Source of the DNA: an uncultured Bacteriovoracaceae bacterium
GTDB taxonomy: Bacteria > Bdellovibrionota > Bacteriovoracia > Bacteriovoracales > Bacteriovoracaceae
Length of the DNA: 64,000 nt
NCBI GenBank assembly: GCA_964012805.1
Contig: CAXGUD010000010.1
Location: 1-64,000 of the forward strand
Reading direction: 5' to 3'
A program made the position numbers and the translations under genes. Each line of letters starts with the position of its first letter. Position 1 is the stretch's first letter. Positions 22,576 through 31,012 of the stretch are shown piece by piece. Under the pieces are notes generated by a model. It saw only the letters and a program-made list of their open reading frames with translations. It was not told the origin of the DNA and did no database searches.

Positions 22576-23502
22576 ATGCCGTTAGAATATAAGATTCATA
22601 TTGGAGGATTAAACTTGCAAAAATTAATTGATAAAATTAATGCCATTCTTCTTAAAATTTTTGCAATAGTTAAATCTACTATCAAAAAAGCAACTCCGAA
22701 CATAGTAAAAGACTTAAAATTAAAGTTCCGTAAAAAGAAAGAAGAAAAAAAGAAAGAAATCATAGAAAAAATGGGTGATATTAAAGATAAGACGGTTACT
22801 TTTTCAAATAAATCCCAAAAAGAATTAAAAAATATTAAAAGAGTTACCTCAAAAAAAGTCCGACAAACTAATGAATGGATCGAAAACTTTAGCTTTAAAA
22901 AAATTGATTTCAAAGAAATATTTAAAAGCCTTTATTCATTTATTTCAATCCTTTCAAAAAAAGTAATTACTTTTTTTAGGAAGATGCCTAAAGAAAAATT
23001 AAAGAATATCTTAATAGCCTCTTCATTATTAACAATTATCCTTCTTATTGGATACAACTCACTAAATCAAATTGTAAAAGAAAGAACGGGAAAAGACATT
23101 TTTACGCTTAAAAAAGAAAAGAAAAAAGGTCCTGATACGTCAGACTACATAAAAAGACCTGATTATTTTTTAGGAGAGAAAAAACAATTTTCTTTACAAA
23201 ATATAGACCTCCCTATTTATGTTGAAAGCATTAATGCCATAAGGATGCTTACCTTTGATTTTACGGTTGAAGGCTCTAATAGATATATCGCTGCATATTT
23301 TAGTTCAAGGGTTAATGAAAACCTCATTAAGGATCAGCTAAATAATAGTGTCCAACCAATTGTTCCAACCTTTCCTCTCAAAGAAGAAGGAAAAAGAATT
23401 ATAAAACTTAAAATTAAAGAAGAAATTAATGTTCTTGTTCAAAGATTGAAAATAAAAGGACACATATCAAAAGTTTATATAAATAATGTTCTTGCTAATT
23501 AA
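22576..23502 (+). CDS. Single-pass membrane protein with FliL-like C-terminal domain
   Basis: Lys-rich N-terminus, one TM helix, C-terminal EEGKRIIKLKIKEEIN...ISKVYINN resembling the FliL end motif. Confidence 0.55.
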   Translation: MPLEYKIHIGGLNLQKLIDKINAILLKIFAIVKSTIKKATPNIVKDLKLKFRKKKEEKKKEIIEKMGDIKDKTVTFSNKSQKELKNIKRVTSKKVRQTNEWIENFSFKKIDFKEIFKSLYSFISILSKKVITFFRKMPKEKLKNILIASSLLTIILLIGYNSLNQIVKERTGKDIFTLKKEKKKGPDTSDYIKRPDYFLGEKKQFSLQNIDLPIYVESINAIRMLTFDFTVEGSNRYIAAYFSSRVNENLIKDQLNNSVQPIVPTFPLKEEGKRIIKLKIKEEINVLVQRLKIKGHISKVYINNVLAN

Positions 23503-23510
23503 AAAATAAA

Positions 23511-24848
23511 TCAACACAAAAGATTAATACTTCTAACAAAGCTCCTTAATGTATTCTTTGAAATATTTAAAACTCTTGAAGCTTCATCTAAATTCTCCCT
23601 ACAATATTTAAATACATTAAATGCATATCTTTTCTTTACTTCTTCAAGAGTTAAATGAGGCCTACTTGATAAAGCTGTTTTAAAAAAATCTCTTTCATGC
23701 TCTACAAGGTCTTCATCAACTGAATCAAATTCTATTTTTTTACCCTTACTCAAAAGCTTCTTTTTTTTCAAATGGGATATCAGTTGTCTTATATTTCCAG
23801 GCCAAGACAGTTTTTTATAATAGTCCTGAAGAGAAGGATGGATATAAATACCCTCTCTTGAAGAAAAATCCTTGCAAATTGTCTCTAATAGTAAAGAATC
23901 ATCTCTTAATGGTGGAAGAGATAGCTTTACGCCCGAACTTATTCGATAAAAAAAGTCCTGCCTCATTTTCCCGTTATGAACAAGATCTTTTAAACTTTTT
24001 CCTGAAGCAAAAATAATTTTTACATCAGTTTTTTTGAGCTTTTCACCACCGACTTGTCTAAATTCATTCGTATCTAAAAAAAGAAGTAGCTTGGTTTGTA
24101 TATTTATGGGCAAGGAATCAATTTCATCCAAAAACAAAGTCCCCTTGTCAGCAAAAAGAAAAGCTCCTGGCTTCGAACCAAAAGCACCAGTAAACGCCCC
24201 TTTTATATGCCCAAAAAGTTCTGATTCAATGAGATTTTCTGAGTAAGAAGCCAGGTTAATTTGAACAAACTCTCCATTTCTTTGACTCTTTTCATGAATA
24301 ATTTTAGCAAGCCTGGACTTACCTGTCCCTGTCTCTCCTTCAATAAGAATATTCAAGTTTGAATTTAATATACTCGGGTTTTGAAGAAGCTCATTTTCTT
24401 TAGAGTTCAAACTTTCTTCATTTGAAGATTTAAACTCCAACCTGTGAAAACCTAAGTCTACAATATCACCCCTTTCTATAAATGAACTGTAACTTAAAAC
24501 TCCATTTATTTTAAAAGGGCTTTCCGAATAAGAATTTAGAAGATAACGTCCACCCTTTTCAGCATTCTTTAAAAAAACGGGTTTAAGAGTTAAAGAAAAA
24601 GATACCTCATCACCCATTAAGTTTGGTAAATAAATATTGAAACCTTTAACCTCTGTATCAAAGCTCTTTGAAGAAAGAAAAGAAAACTGAGTTCTATTGA
24701 GAATTATCTTTTTAGCCTTGCCCTGCATTGGTTTTACTAGCAAAATATCTCTATACCGAGCTCCATTGTAATCTAGTGAGCAAGCGTCCATTTTTCTCCA
24801 AAATGGTGAGGAAATTTTACTCAAATTATCTTGAAACTGCTTTTCCAT
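23511..24848 (-). CDS. sigma54-dependent transcriptional activator with degenerate FHA-like N-terminal domain and Fis-type HTH
   Basis: GETGTGKS, GAFTGA, LFLDEID, WPGNIRQL, C-terminal HTH; FKING...GDIVDLG is FHA-like. Confidence 0.9.
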   Translation of the reverse strand: MEKQFQDNLSKISSPFWRKMDACSLDYNGARYRDILLVKPMQGKAKKIILNRTQFSFLSSKSFDTEVKGFNIYLPNLMGDEVSFSLTLKPVFLKNAEKGGRYLLNSYSESPFKINGVLSYSSFIERGDIVDLGFHRLEFKSSNEESLNSKENELLQNPSILNSNLNILIEGETGTGKSRLAKIIHEKSQRNGEFVQINLASYSENLIESELFGHIKGAFTGAFGSKPGAFLFADKGTLFLDEIDSLPINIQTKLLLFLDTNEFRQVGGEKLKKTDVKIIFASGKSLKDLVHNGKMRQDFFYRISSGVKLSLPPLRDDSLLLETICKDFSSREGIYIHPSLQDYYKKLSWPGNIRQLISHLKKKKLLSKGKKIEFDSVDEDLVEHERDFFKTALSSRPHLTLEEVKKRYAFNVFKYCRENLDEASRVLNISKNTLRSFVRSINLLC

Positions 24849-24901
24849 AAATTCTCCTTTTTACAATTGGTTTGAAAGTAAAAGATTAATTTCCAGGTTT
24901 A

Positions 24902-24918
24902 TTCAAAAGAAGTGCCAA
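24902..24918 (-). promoter_or_regulatory. sigma54 (-24/-12) promoter
   Basis: Minus strand TTGGCAC-TTCTT-TTGAA; one mismatch to TTGGCAC-N5-TTGCA. Confidence 0.6.
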
Positions 24919-25111
24919 AACCCATACAACGCAATTTTAAATATTTAGAAGGAAGGTCATTGGTCTACTTTTTGGACTGGAACAAAGGCATTATAAATAA
25001 ATTTTATTTATTTCACTTTTTCACCTAATCAACTTCACCATTTGTATAAGAGAGGTAAGTGTATTATAACTGCCATCATTTGATTCATCGTTTCAAAAAG
25101 GAAAGAACCTT

Positions 25112-25783
25112 ATGTCCTTCGAGATAGTTAAAGGAAGCACAAAATTTAAATACGCCTTTAATGATCCATCCCAGTTAAAACAATGGATGTTAAATGAAAA
25201 GCCGCTCCTAGGACTCTGCTTTGCTGGTAGATCTAATGTGGGCAAGTCAAGCTTGATTAATTCATTATTTGGGAAAACTACTGCTAGGACCTCAAAGACA
25301 CCTGGTCGAACAAGGTCCATTAACATTTTTTCTTTTGATATTCTTCATAAAGCGAATGATGAAAAAAAAGTCTTTGGCCCTTTTTTCTTAATGGACCTAC
25401 CTGGTTATGGCTACGCCAAAGTCTCCAACGAGATGTCAAAAAACTGGGATGAAATTTTAGGTTTATTTTTTAGGTATTGTCCATCAACAGTTAGAGTACT
25501 CAATATACAGGATGCCAGGCACCCTCTACAAAGTGCCGATAAATCTTTTGCGGACTTTATTAAAAAGTTTCACCAACTTAACTCTATTTTAATTCTAAAC
25601 AAAATGGATAAGCTCAAAACTCAAAAAGAAAGAGCACAGTTAAAAAAATCTAAAAAGACGATAAGCGAAAAGCTCGCTCAGTTCAAAGAAATCCACTATG
25701 TTTCAGCGGAAAAACAAACAGGTTTAAAAGAATTAGAGCAGTCTTTAATTACCTTTTTCTTGAATAAAGACGCTCTAAGTTAA
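25112..25783 (+). CDS. engB: Ribosome biogenesis GTPase YihA/YsxC
   Basis: GRSNVGKSS, SKTPGRT, DLPGYGYAKVS, NKMD. Confidence 0.93.
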   Translation: MSFEIVKGSTKFKYAFNDPSQLKQWMLNEKPLLGLCFAGRSNVGKSSLINSLFGKTTARTSKTPGRTRSINIFSFDILHKANDEKKVFGPFFLMDLPGYGYAKVSNEMSKNWDEILGLFFRYCPSTVRVLNIQDARHPLQSADKSFADFIKKFHQLNSILILNKMDKLKTQKERAQLKKSKKTISEKLAQFKEIHYVSAEKQTGLKELEQSLITFFLNKDALS

Positions 25784-25809
25784 CCAAATTAACGAAAAAC
25801 AAATAAAGG

Positions 25810-26118
25810 TCACCCTTCCTTATCTTTTTCAGAAAACTTAATTTTGTTCACTTCTGACTCAATATCTCCAAGCTCTTCTTGGAGGTCATCAATTTTTTCA
25901 ACAAATTCGCCCAATCTGGGGTCCTCTAACGAAAGACTCTCACCCTTCAGGCCCTTATATACAAGTTTACCCAGCTCCTCATATGCTTCATGAAGCTCAG
26001 AGCTAGTTTTTGAGGCAGAAATCATTTTTTTACCAATTTCAGTAGTTTTCTTTAATTCTTCTTGAGCATGCTGCAAAACTTGCATTACTTTCTTGCTCCA
26101 ATTAGGATTGTTATCCAT
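25810..26118 (-). CDS. Small amphipathic coiled-coil hypothetical protein
   Basis: 102-aa all-helical ORF, GGAG RBS upstream. Confidence 0.7.
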   Translation of the reverse strand: MDNNPNWSKKVMQVLQHAQEELKKTTEIGKKMISASKTSSELHEAYEELGKLVYKGLKGESLSLEDPRLGEFVEKIDDLQEELGDIESEVNKIKFSEKDKEG

Positions 26119-26255
26119 TGTTTACTCCCATATACACAGAGACCTTTTTAGGTGATAGAATAATAAGAGAAACTGAAAAGTCCAGTAATGACTCAATGTT
26201 TTGTAAAGAACGCAACTCCCCTTTGAGCAAAAAATAAGCCAAATCCGGTACTATT

Positions 26256-27134
26256 ATGGAAATTGCAAATAAACTTAGAAAATTAATACCACTTTCTTCT
26301 GAAATACCAGAGGAAAAAATCAATGACCTTTTTCAAGAGCTCTTTGAAAAATACCCTGACGGTGAGGACCCATGGGGTTTAAACCTTGAAAAAACACAAA
26401 AAGTCGTTGAAACACTTTACCCGCTCTACAAGGACTACTTTAAAGTCAGAGTGTTTGGTAAAGAAAACGTCAAAAATAAGCCCTATATTGTTGTTGCAAA
26501 CCACTCTGGCCAAATAGCTATAGATGGCCTTTTAGTAGGGCTGGCCTTTGGATTAGATATTTATCCACCACGGATACTGAGAGGCATGATTGAAAGGTTT
26601 GTTACCAACTTACCTTTTCTGGGTACTTGGACTGCGGAAGCGGGTGCTGTCCTAGGTGATAGACAAAATTGCCTTCAATTGTTGAAGCGTGGAGAAAGTG
26701 TCCTCGTTTTTCCTGAAGGAGTTGATGGGGTTGCCAAAAGTACTCCAGATTATTACAAATTACAGAAATTTACGAAAGGTTTTTATAGGATCGCACTAAG
26801 TTCTCAAGTCGAAATATTGCCAGTTGCAGTTATCGGTGCAGAAGAAACCTATCCTTACGTATATCAAGCCAAAGGTATTGCTAAAAAGCTTGGCCTACCG
26901 GCTTTACCTCTTTCTCCAAGCATGCTCCTTGGGCCTTTGGGTTTTCTACCACTGCCTTCCCCAATTGATATTTACATAGGGAAACCAATTACACCCCCAG
27001 CTGACTTACACGGGGAGGAGCAAGATAGAGATATTAGGGAACATATTTACCAAGTTGAGAACCAAATTAAAGAAATGATTGAAGAGGGCAGAAAAAATAG
27101 AAGACCTTTCTGGGCCGTAAAAAAAGAAACCTGA
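26256..27134 (+). CDS. Lysophospholipid/MGAT-like acyltransferase (Rv0502-like)
   Basis: DPWG, NHSGQIAIDG, LVFPEG, PVAVIGAEE, LPLP. Confidence 0.88.
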   Translation: MEIANKLRKLIPLSSEIPEEKINDLFQELFEKYPDGEDPWGLNLEKTQKVVETLYPLYKDYFKVRVFGKENVKNKPYIVVANHSGQIAIDGLLVGLAFGLDIYPPRILRGMIERFVTNLPFLGTWTAEAGAVLGDRQNCLQLLKRGESVLVFPEGVDGVAKSTPDYYKLQKFTKGFYRIALSSQVEILPVAVIGAEETYPYVYQAKGIAKKLGLPALPLSPSMLLGPLGFLPLPSPIDIYIGKPITPPADLHGEEQDRDIREHIYQVENQIKEMIEEGRKNRRPFWAVKKET

Positions 27135-27166
27135 CCAATTCTAGAAAAGTAAGGTATGAAAAAAAG

Positions 27167-28135
27167 ATGAAATCATCAAAACCAAAATCTATTCTTATCA
27201 TTGGAATGGCCGGTGGATTGGCAAAAATTACGGCCCACCTTCTTGCAAAAAAATACCCGACTATTCCAATCTTGGGGGTTGATCCAAGACCCATTAAAGA
27301 CGATTTCCACTTAGACAATCTAGAGCTCTATCAACTCCCCTACACTAGAGGGAACTTTGAAAAGCTTTTTCGGGATAAAAAATTTGATACTGTGCTTCAC
27401 TTAGGAAGGATGAGTCATGTAAGCACAAACCCGGGCTATAATATCAGAAAGAGGCTAAACCTCAATATTATGGGAACAAACAGAATTCTAGACTTGTCCC
27501 TAAAGTTTAAGATAAAGAAGGTTATTGTCCTTAGTACATTTCACGTCTATGGAGCACTGCCAGATAACCCAACCTTTTTAAAAGAAGATGCTCCACTTAG
27601 AGGAAGCTTTAATTACCCTGAGTTGAGGGATGTGGTCGAAATGGACCAAATGACAACAAACTGGATGTGGAAACACCAAAACAAAATAAACGTTGTCGTT
27701 CTAAGACCCTGTAATATTATTGGTCCTCAGATAAAAAATGTCATAACAAAATATTTAACAACTTCTGCAATTCCAACGCCTATGGATTTTAATCCTATGT
27801 TTCAGTTTATCCATGAATATGACATGGCAAACTTGATTACAGAATCCATTGAAAAGGTCCCTACAGGGACATTTAATGTTGCCAATAATGATGTCTTGTC
27901 CATTAGGGAAGCAAAAAGTATAGCAACACATTCACCCCAATACTCACTCCCCCTCTTCCTCGTAAGTCCCCTTGCAAAAGCACTTAATAAGACGGTTCTA
28001 AACCTTCCTGAGTACATTCTAGACTATATTAAGTTTCCATGCGTTATAAGTGGGGATCAAATCCTCAAACACTTTTCTAAAAGCCCTATCAGATACTCAA
28101 GTAGGGAAGCATGCGAACTTCTAACCCTTGACTAA
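27167..28135 (+). CDS. Atypical extended SDR / NAD-dependent epimerase family (Rv0501-like)
   Basis: Rossmann start IIGMAGGLA, NIMGT, STFHVYGA; no canonical YxxxK. Confidence 0.82.
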   Translation: MKSSKPKSILIIGMAGGLAKITAHLLAKKYPTIPILGVDPRPIKDDFHLDNLELYQLPYTRGNFEKLFRDKKFDTVLHLGRMSHVSTNPGYNIRKRLNLNIMGTNRILDLSLKFKIKKVIVLSTFHVYGALPDNPTFLKEDAPLRGSFNYPELRDVVEMDQMTTNWMWKHQNKINVVVLRPCNIIGPQIKNVITKYLTTSAIPTPMDFNPMFQFIHEYDMANLITESIEKVPTGTFNVANNDVLSIREAKSIATHSPQYSLPLFLVSPLAKALNKTVLNLPEYILDYIKFPCVISGDQILKHFSKSPIRYSSREACELLTLD

Positions 28136-28168
28136 AAGCGTATTCTTTACGAAAAAGACACCCCTGTA

Positions 28169-28197
28169 TTGACAGGTTTATTATCATTTCCTAGTAT
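28169..28197 (+). promoter_or_regulatory. sigma70 promoter of tRNA-Leu(CAA)
   Basis: TTGACA-N17-TAGTAT. Confidence 0.7.
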
Positions 28198-28233
28198 CTG
28201 CTTTCGTGAATTTCCAGATTCTCTGGTACGAAT

Positions 28234-28317
28234 GGCTTTGTGGCGGAATGGTAGACGCGCTTGATTCAAAATCAAGTATCTTCGGGTGTGAGGGTTCAAG
28301 TCCCTCCGAAGCCACCA
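28234..28317 (+). tRNA. tRNA-Leu(CAA)
   Basis: Anticodon arm CTTGA-TTCAAAA-TCAAG, long variable arm, TTCAAGT T-loop, CCA. Confidence 0.96.
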
Positions 28318-28395
28318 CGACACCCCTTTATTTTTAGTTGAGCGCAATTTAACCTTTGAAAGGCCTTTACCTTTTTAAAAACGGGTGGACTGTTT

Positions 28396-28968
28396 ATGAA
28401 AAATATTAATGAACTTATAAAGAAAAGAAGAACAATTCATAGCTATTCAACAGAAACTATCGATGAAGTCTTAATTAAAGAAGCAATAGATTGCGCTCTC
28501 TATGCTCCAAACCATAAGCTAACTTTTCCGATGCGTTTCACTATTATTCCTAAAGAGTTTAGAAAAGCCTTAGCAAATATTTCTTTAACGATAAGAAAAA
28601 AAAAGGGGAGGGTTCTTACCCCAGAAGATGAAGCAAAAATTATTCAAAAGTTTGAAAAGCCATCTCATATTCTAATCGTTTCACAAGTTAAACACCCTGA
28701 CCCCGTAATTTTAAAAGAAGATTATGCAACTCTTGCTATGGGTATCCAAAATTTTTCACTTTATTTATGGGAAAAAGGATACGGAACAAAATGGTCTTCT
28801 GGATCTATTATAAGAGAAGACGAGTTATACTCACTTTGCGGAATAAACCCAAAAGAGGAGTCTATTGAAGCCCTACTTTGGGCGGGCGGTGCCGAAAAAG
28901 AGCCCTCTCCTCCAAAAAGGCCTTCAGCTAATGATATGACGAAAACCCTTGGTTCCCCAAATTCTTAA
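28396..28968 (+). CDS. Nitroreductase family protein (YdjA-like)
   Basis: RRTIHSY, APNHKLTFP, EDYA, GYGTKWSSG. Confidence 0.88.
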   Translation: MKNINELIKKRRTIHSYSTETIDEVLIKEAIDCALYAPNHKLTFPMRFTIIPKEFRKALANISLTIRKKKGRVLTPEDEAKIIQKFEKPSHILIVSQVKHPDPVILKEDYATLAMGIQNFSLYLWEKGYGTKWSSGSIIREDELYSLCGINPKEESIEALLWAGGAEKEPSPPKRPSANDMTKTLGSPNS

Positions 28969-28987
28969 ATTAAAAACAGGAATTCCT

Positions 28988-29521
28988 ATGCCTTTTCTTC
29001 TACTAAAGTCACTTCACATAATTTTTGTTGTTACTTGGTTTTCAGGTTTATTTTATATTGTTCGCCTTTTTATTTACCACACTGAAAGTAATGATAAACC
29101 AGAACCTGAAAAGTCCATTTTGCAAAATCAATTTAAGATAATGGAACAAAGGTTGTGGTACTTTATTACCTGGCCGTCGGCTATCTTAACTCTCATACTC
29201 GGCCCTTCACTCTTGTTTTATTTTTGGCCTCTTAGTGACAAACCTTGGCTTATTGTTAAACTTCTTTTTGTTTTAATGCTCTTTCTCTACCATCTTGGGT
29301 GCCACCATATATTCAAAGAGCTTAAAAATAATAACTTCCAATACAATTCTACTCAATTAAGAGTATGGAACGAAGTTGCAACAATCCTATTATTTGCAAT
29401 TATTTTTCTTGTTGTTTTAAAAAATCTGGTCAGTGTGGGGTGGGGGATGCTTGCTCTTCTGATTCTCGCCCTTTCGATGATGATGGGAATAAAAATCTAC
29501 AAAAAAAGAAGAGAAAACTAA
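28988..29521 (+). CDS. hemJ: Protoporphyrinogen oxidase HemJ
   Basis: KSLHIIFVVTWFSGLFYIVRLFIYH, MEQRLW, RVWNEV; ATG 28988. Confidence 0.92.
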   Translation: MPFLLLKSLHIIFVVTWFSGLFYIVRLFIYHTESNDKPEPEKSILQNQFKIMEQRLWYFITWPSAILTLILGPSLLFYFWPLSDKPWLIVKLLFVLMLFLYHLGCHHIFKELKNNNFQYNSTQLRVWNEVATILLFAIIFLVVLKNLVSVGWGMLALLILALSMMMGIKIYKKRREN

Positions 29522-29642
29522 GTTTTAACCCTTTTTATAGAGGGTTAGCCACATTTAAGGGGAATGATAGTAAATGTTAGTATGAGGAAATATCATCAGA
29601 ATCTAAAATAAGAATTAAGTCTATAACAAAGGAATTGTTATT

Positions 29643-30977
29643 ATGCCTAATTTCTCTTTAAATGTCTTACTCGTATTAGCATGTTTTTTAATCACTCTCT
29701 CAACAAATGCCTTTTCGACGACTCCTCCTCATTCAAAAAACCGAATTATTGTGAAGTTTTTAAAAGATAAAATCCCAAATGATCTCGCTAATAAGAAAGG
29801 GCTTATTTATAGGAAATTATTTCCCCATGTCTATACAGTCTCAGGAAAGACCATAGATCAAATGGAAAAAATTTTTAAAGAAAATAAAAACGTAGATTAT
29901 GTTGAAAAAGATTTTAAAGGAAACAAAAACAAATTCAAAAATATAATTCCAACTAATCAACAATCATTTTTGTCAGAACCAAATACGGCTTCATTTTTTA
30001 AAGATCCAATGGCACAAAAACAATGGCACCTCAACTCCTCTAAAAAATATGGTTCTTCAATAGAAGAGGCTTATAAAAAAAGAATCGGTGATAAAAAGGA
30101 GGAAGTTATCGTAGCAATTGTTGATACAGGAATTGACTATAAACACGAAGACCTCATCAATAATATTTGGATAAATAAAAACGAAATTCCAAACAATCAA
30201 AAAGACGATGATGGAAATGGCTATATTGACGATTATTACGGGATCAATACTCTTATCAGAGATAGCGAAGGAAAAGCGACAACAGACCCCATGGATACTC
30301 ATGGACATGGAACTCACGTTGCAGGAATTATTGGAGCCGTACAAAACAATGGGAAAGGAGTTGCTGGAATTTCAGAAAAAATTAAACTCATGGGTATTAG
30401 AACGGTACCAAGCAGAGGAGATGAAAAGGATGTCGATGTTATAGAAGCCTTCATTTATGCTGCCAAAAATGGTGCGAAAATAATAAATTGTTCTTTTGGA
30501 AAAAATCATAATGAAGGCGGCAAGTCTGTCCAGGAAGCAATTGATTATATTTTCAAAGAGTATGGTGTCCTTGTCATTGCAGCATCTGGTAACTCAAGAA
30601 GAAGCATCGATAGAAGGCCTGTTTACCCGGCATCTTTTACAAATGACAGTTTGCTAGTAGTCGCATCAAGCCAAAAAGGTAAAGGGCTGTCTTATTTTTC
30701 AAATTATGGTTCAAAATCTGTTGATTTAGCTGCTCCAGGGTCTAATATTTTATCTACTTACCCAGGAAACAGATATGTAAGCTTATCTGGTACATCCATG
30801 GCTTCACCTGTAGCGGCTGGAGTTGCAGCTGAATTATTATCACGAAATAATAAATTAGATGGATTAGAAATAAAGGAAATTCTAATGCAATCTGTTTCAC
30901 CCGAGAAAAGTTATAAAGGTAAGCTTCTTGCCGAAGGAAGAGTCGATTTGGAAAATTCACTAAAGTACAACGAATAA
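29643..30977 (+). CDS. Secreted subtilisin-like S8 serine protease
   Basis: Signal peptide, prodomain, AIVDTGID, HGTHVAG, GTSMASP triad. Confidence 0.95.
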   Translation: MPNFSLNVLLVLACFLITLSTNAFSTTPPHSKNRIIVKFLKDKIPNDLANKKGLIYRKLFPHVYTVSGKTIDQMEKIFKENKNVDYVEKDFKGNKNKFKNIIPTNQQSFLSEPNTASFFKDPMAQKQWHLNSSKKYGSSIEEAYKKRIGDKKEEVIVAIVDTGIDYKHEDLINNIWINKNEIPNNQKDDDGNGYIDDYYGINTLIRDSEGKATTDPMDTHGHGTHVAGIIGAVQNNGKGVAGISEKIKLMGIRTVPSRGDEKDVDVIEAFIYAAKNGAKIINCSFGKNHNEGGKSVQEAIDYIFKEYGVLVIAASGNSRRSIDRRPVYPASFTNDSLLVVASSQKGKGLSYFSNYGSKSVDLAAPGSNILSTYPGNRYVSLSGTSMASPVAAGVAAELLSRNNKLDGLEIKEILMQSVSPEKSYKGKLLAEGRVDLENSLKYNE

Positions 30978-31012
30978 ATAATTTAATTCTTCAAAGAAGG
31001 GTAAGTATTTAC

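Noticed and set aside
28147..28347. 66-aa minus-strand ORF
   Set aside because: Antisense shadow of tRNA-Leu(CAA).
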